Shown here one piece after another: positions 23,050-36,657 of a stretch of DNA of 64,000 nucleotides. Each line of letters opens with the position of its first letter. Within the stretch, counting starts at the first letter, position 1. Below the pieces are notes generated by a model. The model was not told the origin of the DNA. It saw only the letters and a list, made by a program, of their open reading frames with translations, and ran no database searches. Made by a program: the position numbers and the translations under genes. The DNA is from Selaginella moellendorffii (Eukaryota; Plantae; Lycopodiophyta), in assembly GCF_000143415.4 (NCBI RefSeq), contig NW_003314320.1, forward strand, positions 246,586 to 310,585, given 5' to 3'.

Positions 23050-26000
23050 TGCAATTCAATATTCACTCTCTGAATTTTTTGTTTCGTACATAGCCAAAGA
23101 TATTATAATGCATAAAGTTGGGCAACACTTTATTAAGATCCTATGCTACGCTTGCACCAATCACCCATGACAATGCTTTATGACTTGCACAATGTTATGA
23201 GATATCATTTTTCCCATTTTTAGTTGCACATATTTTCTATAAAAGATAATTTTGTTTTTATATGATGTTATTATTGCTTATGTTCAAAGGACAAAAGTAA
23301 AGACATAGAGATGGTTGTAATATTTGTTACTCGGTGTGTGATGAGATTAATTATATGTATTAATGTTATTAGTGTTTTTTAGATTAGCATCCTCTATTTC
23401 TTGGGTGGAGTCCTTAGCATCAATAATTTTTTATTATACTACCGTAGTGGAAAGTCATGATATAGAAATTCTTTAGAGTAATAAGAGCCTTTTATCCTTC
23501 TTTTAGGAGTACCATCAAAAAGTTCATTTGGTATCAATTCATCAAATGTTCACTTTCCAAACTTTTTTTTTATAATAAGAGGTCATTTATTATTTTCTTT
23601 TTATTGGTTGATATATATTCAAAAATTTATCTTTTATCAGTCTACTTGTTGCTATACATTGCCTTCTACAATTGCATTAACATAATCATGTTAAATATGA
23701 CCTTGAGACTTCTCCCTTTTATATAATACTCTTTTTTATCTTTTTTATATCTCCTCCATTATCTACTTCATTTTTCTATTTTCACCTCTATTTCCATCAT
23801 TGTTCTCTCCATTACTTCTTTTTATGTTTTTTTTTTCTATTCTTCTATTTCCTTTTCAGATCACTTAAATAGTTTTTAGTTAGGGCAATTGATCAACTCA
23901 AGAAGGAGTATAGTGATCTCTTCACCTTTGACTTATCTTTTGAAGTTAAGATTGCAACCATCATCCAATTACAATTAAGGATGATTGGCCAATCAAGATT
24001 TATTTTTGCAGTTGTCATAAGAAAAGGTTAAGATTTTATATACAAATATCATAGAAAAAGGTGTTATCTAAAAGTATCAAAGTTCTTGAGCATGTGAATT
24101 TCATTTTATGATAAATTTTAATAAGAGTATTTGATTTTATATGGACTATTATGTAGTAAACGATGTAATTATCTCAGATATATACCCTCTTCCTAATACT
24201 ATTGTTTGGGGAGAAATCATTAATTCACCAAGTTAAATCTTGCTTCTGAGTACTGATAAGTGTTAATGGTTAGGGAGGAAAAATACTTTCTATACACTAT
24301 TTGATTTGTACGAGTTTTTAGTGATGTTATTTGATTTGAATAATGCTTTAATAGCAAATGATGAATGAAGTTCTTTATAATATATCAAAAATAACATTAA
24401 CTTTATCAATGATGTCTTGATCCTCTTGAAGGGGATGTGGGAAGAGCACATTTGTGATATCTATAAAGTGTTAGATTATTTGTGGGATGATAGTTTGAAA
24501 TTGAAGTGGTTGAAATGCACATTTGGGTCGAAAGACATAACTTATCTTGGGTACTACATTTTTCCTAAAGGTTTATAAATTGATTTTATTAAATTTGTGT
24601 CATTAATCATCTTTTGTATCATACTTGCATCATTCCAAATGTTGCTAAAGTTATTAACAATGTTTTGCATTTGGTCTTAAGAATGCATAAACATTTAAAG
24701 AAGTGTTAATAACTTTTTCAAAATTGGCAATTACATTTGATCTTTTATTTTGCATATGTATACTTTCAATATTGATATCAAATATATGCTAATGCAAAAG
24801 AGTACAAATATGTTTGGTTAACATCATCCCGTTGCATACATCAACTATATTACAACTAGTAGAGGTGAACTACTCCACAATAGAAAAAGTGTCTTAAAAA
24901 AGTTTTATGCATACTTGTATGGTTCTTTAATATTGTTGAAGGGCAATCATGTTATGGTCACTTCATTATTGAAGTGAAAAAACTTGATTAGTCATATTGT
25001 TTAATAAACTCAGAAGCTTTAAATATATGATTTCAAGGTTATTTATTACTTGGGGAATCTGATGTTAACACCTTTTATTTAAGCTTCTCTTGCTTCTTTA
25101 CTCTCTTTTTATATTCTTGATAAGCTTATTTTTTTTGAGCATTAATGGATTTTTTAAATGAGAATATAGTGTCATTAGTAATTATTGTGTTTGATATTTA
25201 ATGTTTATAACATGTAAAAACTAAATTTACCTTCTTTTGACAAGATTCATGAGACTTTAAAGGTTAAGTTATGCATTTAAAGGTTACATGATAAGTTTGA
25301 GAATCTTGCATCACTTGAATGACTTGCCATTAGCACTTATATTTTCACTTTTGCTTTGAAGATAACCTTTACTTTGTTTTTGATGACCATTTATGGCTTA
25401 TGGTGCCTTTGATTTTTATTCTATGTTTTCTTTATATTTAACATGACTCTTTGATTCTAGATAGATATATGGAACATTGTTATATGAATAAAAAATATAC
25501 ATATATCATAAGGTACAGAATTCCATTAGTGTTTCATTATATAAACTTTTATATGGTTATGATCCAATATTGCCAATAGAATTGAATTTACTTTGCAATT
25601 GCCATAAACTATCAATGTTAGGTTTTGGAATTAATATTTTATGAGCATTCTTCCATTGATTTGAGTCAAGTGTGCTAAACACTTAGATTATACATAAGTG
25701 GGACAACAATGGTGTTATAACTTGCATCATTTACCACTTATAAAGTAAATGTAATTTTTTTTTTTTTTATAATATATAATTTGTCTAAAGGGCTTTTTAC
25801 CTAGTGAAAGAGACAATATTGATTATTATAGCAAGCTGAATTGCAAATTTATAAAGTTCAACACAATATTTATCCAATGTTCCTCTAGATTCTAACCTAT
25901 CAATAAGAGCACCTTAATTATCTTTCATCCTTTTGAGAGAGGGGGATGATTGTGAGGTCCAGATATATGACTATAATGCTATATACTATTATTAATATAA
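23050..26000 (-). mobile_element. Decayed L1-like LINE ORF2 relic, copy 2; boundaries approximate
   Basis: Collinear with 8300-11200 but with many transitions. Motif remnants: LAILDHN (~25560), IWNDASMIQKMINDTNLIKSIYK (~24570-24640), TIIPQII (~24480), LGRG (~24190), LLDNTFF (~24065). Confidence 0.6.
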
Positions 26001-26719
26001 TGGGATAGCTTAGATAATATAGAATAATTTGAAATATTAATTATTAAAACACATAAAATCTATAATTCAGAATTTTCCAAAAATAATAGTGGGAGACTTT
26101 GATATTAAAGATGAATCAGAAGGATTAATAATTTGCTGCACATTGTGTGCAGCAATGCTTGGTTTGCTTAATAGTACTGTTATTATTTTTTATTATTCTA
26201 ACTAATCAAATGACATTTTATAATTATAAAAATGTTTATAATGTATAAATACAAAATTAATCTTATTTAATATTAAATATTAGATTAGAATATACTAGGA
26301 AGTGTTTAGAAAAATTTATAAATTATAAATATAAAATTATAACAACCATGAGATGGTAAAATATTCTAGAATATTTGAATATATTTTAAATACATTCACT
26401 ACTAACTCTCATGCATTTGTGAAAACCCTAAGTTTTGGTTATGAAGGTCCTATGCTCTCTAGAAACAGCGTGCCAACATTAAGGGACTCCTCACGTCATC
26501 TGGAGATCAATCCTGAAAATCTTCTAGTGGGCGCCAATGTGGAGGAAGAAAGGCTCGATCTCTTCTACGTGGACAGTGTGAAGAGACAGAAATTCGCTTT
26601 CTGGGGTGGAGGTGGTGGTGGAGCAGTGATGGCCGCCAGTGGCAAGAAAGAAGAAAAAGAGATCTAAGTTTTGCCTTTTATTTCTTGTGTTTGGAACTCT
26701 CGAGGTTTTACGGTTTCAA

Positions 26720-28814
26720 ATGAGGGTTTGGATTCAGCATAGCGACCGCCCGGCGTTACAGTTCGAGGTCGGCGCAGATGGTTTGATCGATGTAGCGGCC
26801 GTTTGCAAGCAGTTCCTCCTCGATCCGAATGCAAATCTCCACGTTTCAGGAGTGGCCATCGAGATGATTGCTGCTAAGGCAAGTAGAACTCTAGATTCTA
26901 TCTTGGGGGCGGCCACTGAAGGTGGGGATGGCACAACTAAAGACAATGCCTTGATCATAAGGGAGGACCGTTATCTTTGGTTTCGACACCAGAAACCGGT
27001 ATTTCTCTTGTTTTCTGAAGTTTTTTGTGCTCATACGTGATGTCCAGGATGGTTCGACCGACACAGTTGGATTATTCTCGGACGGTCTTTTTGACTTGCA
27101 AGACCTTTGTAGCACATTCGGTCTCGACCCCTCAAGCGCTGTACGTGTTGCTGGCCTTCGTCTAAAGTTTACGGACAAAGGAAGGAGTCTACACACTGTC
27201 CGGAAGGTTCAAGGTGTTGGAGGCATCGAGGATGGCTCGTCGCGAGATACTGCGTTTACTGTTGAAGGCTCGCCTGCTACGACTCGTAAGTTATTTCTTT
27301 CTTTTTTCTTTTCGTTCTTTTATCATAGGAAACTAAACAACTCCCATGGTTTGCAGCCGGCCTGGCCCTTATTCCTGACAAATTCAAAGCAGTCTGTAGT
27401 GTATCAAGCCCGAGCGCCGAAGTTGCCACGCTGGAGGGGATTGAAAGAACTCTGGACAACAAGCTTTTCAAGGATATGAGAGCGGAACGTGGTATGCCGA
27501 TTGGACTCGGTGCCAGAGCATTCGGAATCTTCATCGACACTTTCAATTCCATGGCGCCTCTTGAGGCAGGACTTCTGGCTGCAGCGCGTGACCTTCGTGA
27601 CCGTATGAAGAAGTTTTATCGGACGGAAGCACTTCGGCGGCAAGAATTCGCGAAGTTCCTCGAATCGTATCTGGACGACGATAAGTACGTGGTGGTTGCT
27701 AACCGGGATGCAGTAAAGTTAAAGATCGGGAAGCGATCTCGGGATGACAGCAGCGTGAGGAGGACTCCTGATGTACAGGTGAAAGCCAGGATACTGGGTA
27801 TACTGGTGGTTCTTCTCACCTGCGAGGTGAAACCGGAGATGGGTTTCAATGGCGAGCCGCTCTTGGAGGCCCTCTTTTATTATGGGACTGATGCTGCAGA
27901 GAGCGTTGTTGTTAGTCGGCACCACTACACAGGCTGTCCAGAGCTGATTGTCGAGCTTGTTGGCCCCAACATTCGCGTTGGCGGGGCCATATATCACGAC
28001 AAGGCCATTTATCAGCCCTTGACCGACTTTCTATCCCTGCTTGATTTCGAGGATGATGCTCACCTGTTCAAGGTAAGTTTGATACTGGATGGAAGCTTAC
28101 ATTCAGTGCTCGTTTTCGTTGCAGTTGATGCGGTTTCTTCATGCCACTCGACAAGCTTTGAAAGAACTCGTGAAGGTGTACACTAGCGCTCTTACACTAA
28201 CTGGAGTGCCTGTTCGAGTAGATACCCTGCACTGGCCGTATGCGCTTCGAGAAAAGTATCCAGATGCTGCTGCGGTCCATCAGATAAAAAACACTCTTGT
28301 TTACATGGTTACGACTGGCAGTGGACAGCGAAGGGTGGTGAAGTTTGTCAGGCAGTATGGGGAGGATGCTCATGCGCAGTGGGAGCAAGCTGGATATGCA
28401 CCGCACCATACGATTGAGCAACTCCCAGGCGGTTGGAAAATGGTGGATATGGACTGCCTCACGGCAGCGTATGGCTGGCGATCGGTGTTGGAGCTCCGTG
28501 GCATGGAGGAGACGACGTCTGATACTTGGAAGACCATGCAGGATGCAGTTTGGCGGGCACTACTGCAGCTACAAGCTTTGCAACCTACGATGGTGCATGG
28601 TGATCTGAGGTTAAACAACATCATGTACAACGTCCAAACGGGGCAGCCTTGTTTCCTCGATTTCGATTGGGCAGGACAGGATGAGATGGTTCACTACCCA
28701 CTGAACTTGAGCTCTAACATTGCCTGGCCAGCTGGAGCGACGCCCATGAGCAACATCAAGGCGATCCACGACCGTGAACTCCTTCAAAAGGAGCTTGAAA
28801 TGATCTCGACATGA
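26720..28814 (+). CDS. Gene B, copy 2: 2x header + PD-(D/E)xK REase + CR-type kinase (~640 aa)
   Basis: Same splice sites as copy 1 and all catalytic motifs intact. It differs by a few missense changes and one Asp codon deletion (YLDDDDK>YLDDDK). Confidence 0.85.
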
Positions 28815-30159
28815 AGCATGTAAGGGGTGCAGATATTGGGACCACCAGGACGTCCCCTAGCAAGGATACCAAATTGTCTTGTCAGAAGCAATTAAGTTCT
28901 AAGTAATGGAATAATTTGCTGTGTTTAAGTAATATTTCCCAAGTTGTTAGATATTTAAATTTGCTATGCTTTTAGTAAGTATTTTGTGTAGTTGTATCAA
29001 AGCAATTGCACCCATGTATCTTGCTATTAGAAATTTATAGCTCTAGATCCTGTCAAGACAGGTTCTAAAGCTGTTATGACATGATTTTTAATTAAACTTC
29101 CTATTCAATAACAACAAGTTGAATAATATTATAGTGGCATTAGGTGTTATTGGCCTTGAGGGACGAGCATATACTTTTATTTTGCACTGGTAAACAACCA
29201 AGATCTAAAGTCCATAAGGTCACTTCAACATTAAGCCATGTTAATTTGACATATAGATTTTAGATTTATAACTAATACTAAAAGTTTGAGTATAAATCCC
29301 TTTTCAAGAACTATTATTCTTTTTATAATTTCTTCTTGTGTAGCCATTTAATCTTTCAATATGCAAGGGCCACAACATAAAAGGCTGTCCATAGAAATGC
29401 TATAGAAGACTGCTAGTGACAATTATTACTTATGGCTTAACATAAAGGTAAACTTAACGTAAGGTATTCTTTCTAGGAGGTCTTAATTTAGAAATTTAAA
29501 CAACAGTTTATATTATTAAACCTTGATTTTAACAGCAAAGCATCTACAATATGAATAGAGGTACATTGATGTTAAAACTCTTACCATCTAATATATAGAG
29601 CCAAATCAAAGTATTTAATATATATAATGTTTCTTTCCTCAGCTTTATCCTGTTACATATACAATAATTTTAGCAAGGGACAATTTAGAAAAATCCTCTC
29701 TCTTTCTTGTTTGGATTAGTGTTGCATGAGTCTAGTGTCCAGAGGCTTTGATCACGCTTTGCTTTCTCATTTTTCGAGTTAGTTTTGATTCTTTGACTCC
29801 ATATGAGTGATAACAAAAAGTTCTGTACCTAGCTTCCCATTGATTTAGTTTGCAAATATGATGTTTTCTTTGGATGGTATGCAGCTAAGAGAAATGAAAA
29901 GTGGCTGGCTTACTAATATTAATTAAAAACTAGTAGTAAACATTTAAATATTTAGGATTTTATAAATGCTTAAGCCAAAGAAACTAGTAACTCACTTTAG
30001 AATTACACTAACAAACTAATCCTTACATTGAAGATGCCTTCCTCTTCACAGTGAGGAAGGGAGGGAAGGGAGGGCGGGGCATGATGATAGCTGTGGGGAT
30101 CCATGCCTATTGTTGTCTGGTAGATAGCATACTTGATGGCTCCCACTGTTCTTGCTAGC

Positions 30160-31490
30160 AGCCATTGCTCAAAAGCCTATGCCATCCACCAGCTATAATC
30201 GTCTATTGGACTCTTGAGCACCTCGAGATCAAGGCCAAGCTTTGCTGTCCATTTCTTGAGCTCAGATCACCAACCTCCATTTCGCTCGTATACATCAGGC
30301 TGATGGAGTCATCGATAGCTTAAATCAAGAGCTTTCGTTTGCAGCTGCCGCTGGGTCTTCACTTAATTGATCATCCGTTTCCACACAAGGAGCTCCAAGG
30401 GCCATAATTCAGACTCGAACAGATGATAGGATATGACACATCTCCTGTATGAAGCTCCATGCGGATAAAGTGGTATTGGAGCTCCTCCACTTGATCCCAG
30501 AGAGCATCCATCATTCCTAGACAAGATGACCGTGGAGAGTTCAGCTATGAAAAGTTGTCGCTTGGCACTTCAGTGGGTGACAAGTGCATTGGAACAATCT
30601 GAGTGGAATGCAAAGTATGCACCACGTGCCGCCGTAATGCAATCTATGATCCCCACCTTTCGTGGATTGTTCTTGTGGATAATATATCTGAGGTACTTGT
30701 AATGGTCTACTTTCTGAAGTGCAATCCCATGGTAGGAGCATACCCTGGCCCAACACCATTGACTTCCATGCATGTGGCCTCACACAATTCGCTGCATTTG
30801 GCGAGCTGAGGAGCCGAACAGAGTATATCATTTACGTAAAGCAGTGCATATAAATACATTCCCGAGAGTTGGTATGGCGTGAGTGTTTTGCCCTGTATCA
30901 TGGACTCTAGTGCGTCAATGTAGATTGCGAAGAGTCAGCCGTATGCTTTTCTTTAACGTCCGTTGCCAAAAGACGATTACGGCTACGCATGAAATGGCGG
31001 TTTCTAGCACAAGCACTTTTGGCATAGCAGCGGCGCAAATGCAAAACAGTCTCAGGCATTGCAAAGTCCCCTCTCGCCATGGCGTTGCTTGCTACTACAA
31101 ACCCACATGGGCCTTATGGATGGTAATCTGCTCACTTAGAGGAGATTTCAATGCCAGGATAGCCCGCCCAAGTGGAATGTGTCCTTTCTCCACCAGATGC
31201 CCAGTGCCGTGAGTTATGTGCTTAACAGCTCAGGCAGCAAACTGAGATCCAAAAGCTAGAGGTTACACATGTGAGACCTGGGCCTTGCAAGATGGGGGCC
31301 TGAGCATTGTATATTACTTGCTGCTGCGGCGTGCTAAAATCAACTGAGTCCCCAAGTCAAACCATGTGCAAATTCCCTCCACTGCACAGCGCTGAGTTCA
31401 CAGGTCCCTGCTACAGCACCTTTAGCTGGGATAAGAGTGTTGTTGACACTTTCAGAGGGAAATTGCGTCTATCTTTGCATTCAGGTGGAA
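30160..31490 (-). mobile_element. Decayed non-LTR RT fragment, copy 2; boundaries approximate
   Basis: ORF 30707-30901 contains LSGMYLYALLYVND and ORF 30570-30773 contains VDHYKYL...AARGAYFAF. Near-identical to 15400-16740. Confidence 0.75.
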
Positions 31491-31674
31491 GCTAAACCCT
31501 AATAGTAATAATTAGGTATTATTATTATATGCGATGGTTGTAGCGGGGATGATAAGCATAAAAGAAATACGCTTATCAAAAAGTATATTCTCATTCAAGC
31601 AAGATCTTGATTTGTTTCTTAAATTTACATTTGAAACATTACATTTGAACGTTACTAGGGTTCTCACACATATC

Positions 31675-33289
31675 ATGGGGATCCCGGCGCGAGGGGATGG
31701 CGGCGAGCAGCGGAGGTATTTCAGAGAAACGCCGGATGTGAGCGTCACGCCGGTGGATTTCCTGTGCTCCACGAAGGAGAGCGATCTCTTCCTGGCGTGG
31801 AATGTGACCAAGATCCAGGGATGGTGGAAATCTAGGGCCTGCGCTAGAGAATTCGCTGCCATGGTTTCTCCTTTCTCCGCTCTCTTGAGATTTCCTTCGT
31901 TTCCCTTTTGGTATTTCAGCTTTTTCTCTCTTTTTTTTTTTTTGTTTTGTTTTGGCAGAAAGAAGCTGCGCGTTTGCTGCAAGCGGCCTGGAGGAAGCAC
32001 CAAAATGCCAGGAGAATACGAAGAAAACGGGGCCGATCTAGAAATTCACTGCACGCTGCTGCATGGACGATCCAACGCTGCTGGCATTCTTACGCGGTGA
32101 GTTTTTCTTCTATTAGTTTTTCTTTTTGAAGTCTTGTTTCTCTCCTTACAGAACAAGAAGATTTTTAGATACTACAAAGATCTCATCACTAACAATGAAA
32201 AGCTCCATCCAAGCTTGCTTCTTCGGAGAATCAATCCATCAGAAGTAAGGAGAAAAAGAAAAGTTCTTGCTTTTGGTTTCTGAAATTTCTAGCGTTTTCA
32301 CTTTCCTACAAAACCAGGCAGCGCTAGCAGACTCGGCAACCGGCCTACACATTCGTTTCAGGCTCGGTGGAATCACATTTCCTCCTTTGGTGAGCTTTGG
32401 TGAGAAACTAAAGAATTCTTGTTTTCGCTTTTTCTCTCTATCAATCGGCTCTCGATCGATCCACCAAGTTCTCTAAATCTTTCTCCTTTTTTTCTTGTTC
32501 TCCAGCTTCTCTACAAACTTTACACACACAGGCCCGTTGTGGACATGGGATCGTTTAGCCCCCGAAAATACTCCGTGTCGCTACGCCGGCCTCTCACGCG
32601 CGGTCGCGATCCTCGACGGTGTTTTCAACAGCCCGTGAAGCAAACCACAGGTAGAAATAAAATATATATCCAGACCTTTATTTTTTCTCTCAAGTTATGC
32701 ATTACAGAGGAATACGTGCGTTGCGAGAACAATGGATGGAGGCTGGTTTGCGACACTGCGTGGATGCACAACGCCGACGAGCTTATCCATGACAAGAAAG
32801 AGCCATTGTAAAGTTCTCAAACAAGTTCTCGTTCCGTACAAATCTCGTTGCTTGATTGCCACAGGAAGATCTTCTATCCATCCGTGGCCGCAAGACGAGA
32901 ACACAAAGCCCAAGAATCACGCAAGAAAAAACGAGCTTGGCTAAACAAACTGTAAGTTAAGTTTGTTCCTACGATCTAAACCGGAAGAGAAATCTCTCAC
33001 AGGTATAAAGAAGGTCGTCTAGCCGAGATCGCTGGCACAGCCACGAGCGGTAACAGCGGTAGCGCCGAGGATGACAATCGAGCCATCGAGTTATTCCTGT
33101 GGAGCCTGGGTGAGTGAGAGATATCCGTCAATCGAATCACTCAAAAGTTACAACCAAAAACCTCCATCCAATCTAATCCGTCCTACAGGCCTCAACTTCG
33201 ATTCTTACGAAGCTCACTGGAGCAATCTTGCGACGAGCTGTGTCATACCATCTTACGAGTTCCACGACGGCCAACCTTGCTGCATTTAA
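31675..33289 (+). CDS. IQ-motif protein, C11orf65/MFI-like; multi-exon
   Basis: Three IQ-like motifs (KIQGWWK, LLQAAWR, TIQRCWH), then IFRYYKDLI...LLRRINPSE|AALADSATGLHIRFRLGGITFPPL|LLYKLYTHRPVVDMGSFSPRKY...YVRCENNGWRLV...KKRAWLNKL|YKEG...LNFDSYEAHWSNLATS. These match the C11orf65 family signatures as I recall them (HVRFRLGG.FPP.IYYKIFTHRP; RIENNGWR; LNFDEY..W..AT). Confidence 0.85.
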
Positions 33290-33439
33290 AGAAATACCTC
33301 TCTCGCTCTACCTGGTGCTGCCACATAGCTCTCCAAGTGGCACTGCATGGAAACCTTGAGACAAGAAAACGAGGATTGGTCAAGTTTATTACCTCTTGTT
33401 CGCGTGATCTTCACTAGGGAGGCAGGGTCACACTTGGCG

Positions 33440-33754
33440 ATGATGGGAAAGACTAGTTTTACTTCCTTGCGAGCTTCCAGGAGGTGGAGCTTCAGGAACT
33501 TTGCGAGCGATCGAGACGGTGCCAATGCTGTAACAGGGGCGCCCAAGACGTCAGAGGCAGCCGCTAGTGATCCTATAGGCGAGGAGATGCGGGCCGATAC
33601 CTTTGTCATGGAGGACACCGAGGTTGACAAGGATGCGGCCACTCCCGGGAGAGGAAAGAACACCAGTGGAGGCGGAGGAAGTTGGATGGACGCGACCAGG
33701 AGTGCTGTTCGCGGCGTTGTCGATAGAGTTAAGCAGTTCACAGGTACCAGCTAG
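33440..33754 (+). CDS. Small hydrophilic protein of unknown function (possible organellar presequence; LEA-like character)
   Basis: Single-exon ATG ORF with an R/S-rich N-terminus (FTSLRASRRWSFRNFAS), an acidic middle and an amphipathic C-terminus (WMDATRSAVRGVVDRVKQF). No family recognised with certainty. Confidence 0.45.
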   Translation: MMGKTSFTSLRASRRWSFRNFASDRDGANAVTGAPKTSEAAASDPIGEEMRADTFVMEDTEVDKDAATPGRGKNTSGGGGSWMDATRSAVRGVVDRVKQFTGTS

Positions 33755-33852
33755 TTTTGGGAGAAGAGTGTACATCTGGAGCTGAAAAGAAAGATTGAGA
33801 AAGACTTGTTTTGAGTTGAGAGGAAAAGAAAAGAAAAGAACCTGTTTGATGC

Positions 33853-36509
33853 TCACGGCCTTTCGCCGCACAGGTCGAGCAGCTTCATCAGGCTTTGCCT
33901 TTCGTCCCGCCGCTTCCAAATCATTCGAGTGTGGCTTTTGCGCCTGTATTTGATCCGGGCGTTGAGGAACCTCGTGTAGTTGCGGCCCTTCTTGCAGACG
34001 ATGAAATCGTTCAAATCGGCGAAAGACTCTTCGTACGTCTCCCTGGTCAGCATCTCTGCGACGAAAGGATTCTCAACGTGGCGGTTCTTGTTGCTGCTGC
34101 TGACTGTTGCCGCGGGGCTCTTGCTCTTGCTCTTGGTGGCGCTACGCGTTCTCTTACTAATGCACGCTTCTGCACTCCAGTTCTTCATTCCTGCGCCACG
34201 TCTTCTCCTTTTCTTCGTTTTGCTGAAGATGATGAAAACAGCCATAAGCTCAAAAGACGGACAAACAGAAAGACTTACCTCTCCACAGGTGTGTCTGGTG
34301 CGCTTGTACTCTCCACAGGTGTATCAGTAAGTTGTTCCACGCGGAGCTTCTTTAGCTTGAACCGCTTGGCTATGATCAATGTCGATGGCCTGGGTTTCAA
34401 AGGAGTCGTCGAATCTGATGCTTCCTCCACGATGACCTCTTGCACAACCTCTTGGACGACCTCTTGAACGACCTCTTGGATTGTTTCATGTACGCTCATG
34501 TCAGGTGTCACAGTTTCAATAGTTGGCAAATCCTTCCCGTTGTCGAAGCTGATGCCAGGCGACAGCCAGTCGACATCTTCAATTGTTGGCAAATCCTTCC
34601 TACCAATTGGAGTGACTTTTGATATAAACGACAAGAGCTTCGTCGCGGACTTCTGCATGCCAACAGAAACGAAAAGCTAAGAGATGTGAGCCGTTGGAAT
34701 CACACAAGTTACCTTACGGGAACACATGTCCCAGGCTGTTTGATGAAGCGACTTAATCATCTCACGCAGGAAAAAGTTTGTAGAAGCGGGCACCTCATCG
34801 TCCATGACGCCGTTATCGGGTCTACTCTCGAGTAGTAACAAGGCCAGGAGAGAGTCCAAAACGCGAACGTATTCGACGGCCACAGCTTCATCCAGTCCCC
34901 TCAGTGACTCGTAGGAAAATATGTGAGCAAATATAACAAGCGTCCATCCTATGGTTCCTCTTGCGTTTTCTGATGTCAAAGCCTCGACCATGTTCAGATT
35001 GAAACAGCCAATAGCGTGCATAAACTTTGTGGAAGGCATATTAAACCTGATGGCAGTAGCAACCGTCTCGAAAGTTCTTTGAATGGCAAGGTCCCGAACA
35101 CCAATCAACTCCCCATCCCTGTCCTGGCACTTGATAGTACAGACCTCTCTAACAAGCCGATTTATTGCACAAGCCATCGCTCGGAGTAGAGCAGCCAACG
35201 TAGAGGAATACTCGCCTTGGTCACTGTTATATCCCCCAACATAACTTAGTGCTTGTGTCCCCCTCTCGAAACCATCTCTGTCCCGTGCTGCAAACGCTGA
35301 GTAATACTTTGACAGTAACCCCATTGCTGTTTCTACCACCGAAGATGCCAATCCAATAGCTACTCCATGCGGCAACTCGTCGTCCAGCTGAAAGTGTGGA
35401 ATATAATTCTGGGCCTGGATCGCAGCGAAGCTCCCAGCGTCGCAACTCGTACCCAAGTCACCTGGGACCAATGCTCCGGTCACGAGCGATATGATGTGCG
35501 TCAGTAAGTTGCTAGGAACTTGGTTGTTAGTGGACATGTCGAGCAGAAGAACACCCGCAGGAAGACTAAGCTTGGACTGTTGGAACGGTCGGTCTTGCAG
35601 AAACTGAAAGTGTAACATATGCGCGAATGCAGCTTCGATCGACGCACGGTAAGAGAACTCTTCGCCTTCTGGGAATGTCAGAGCCCGGTGGAGTAAGATC
35701 TCATCCAAGAACACCTACAAAACAAAGATGTAGAGGTCAATAGAGGGAAAAAGGAGAGATCTTTTGCATACTTCTAGCAGGGCGCTCCTCAAGACGACGT
35801 CTTGATGTTCTTTCACGGTGTAAGGCGAGCCAAGAGGGAAGAACTTCGACGGCGAGCAAAGATGGTGGAGCATATCGTGGACAGTCGATGCGGCAGTGTG
35901 GCTCATGCTGGTGTTGAACATATCCACGATGGGAATGATCCGGATGCAGCAGCACAGCGTTTGAGCAAGCGCCTCGAAGTGGAGCGCCGCCTCACTGGAA
36001 CAAGATACCATCTCCGGGACATACCAGAAGTTCGTGAGCAAATAGCTGCTAATCTTCGCAAGCTCCTGGAACAAGACTTTGTAGAGCCGGACCACGTCGT
36101 CGTGAGCGATGGTCACCATTGCCTCGCCCACGGCCACCGATAGCGCGTAATCTCCATCTGCATTGGCCGGATCGTCCGCGGCGGCGAGGCAGAGGAGCAG
36201 CGCCGCGAGAGATTTGAGGGTCTGGACGCGATCGCCCTGCGACACAGAGGGACTGCCAGCATTTCATATCAGTGAGGAAGCTGGCAGCAGGGACTGGAAA
36301 TCCAGGAGCGCTGCGAGTGCCGCAAGGGAAGAAAGAAGTATTACCTGGGAGGAATCGCAAGAACAGAGCTCCACGGCGTAGCTCTTGAGCTCGCGCCAGT
36401 GCTCGCAGCGGAGATTACTGTGGCGGCAGCAATCTTGATCCAAGCACCGCGTCCTCTTCTTCGCGCGCTTGGCCGCCAGAGACAGGCGCCATCCCTGGCT
36501 CGACGCCAT
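33853..36509 (-). CDS. Uncharacterised plant protein (helical body, low-complexity linker, conserved-looking C-terminus); multi-exon
   Basis: ORFs 36264, 35715, 34677, 34275 and 33853 can be joined by GT-AG introns. ATG 36509 follows a telo-box. C-terminal motif SFADLNDFIVCKKGRNYTRFLNARIKYRR. Internal repeats KDLPTIE x2, QEVV x3-4, DTPVE x2. Confidence 0.7.
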
Positions 36510-36657
36510 TGAGAGAATAAATATAAACCCTAAACCACTAGAACGAGAGAATCTTCCTTTTCCCCTTATAGCTTTATTTTGTAACACGGTTACAAAAAGC
36601 CATTGAAACATCCATCCTTTTAAAATGCGATCCAGCAAAATTGAGCTTAGAAGGTTA

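Larger units (their letters stand above)
17345..32078 (+). repeat. Tandem segmental duplication, unit 2 (~14.73 kb)
   Basis: Ends at gcatggacgatccaacgc (32061-32078), which matches 17318-17335. Gene order is the same as in unit 1. Confidence 0.97.
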
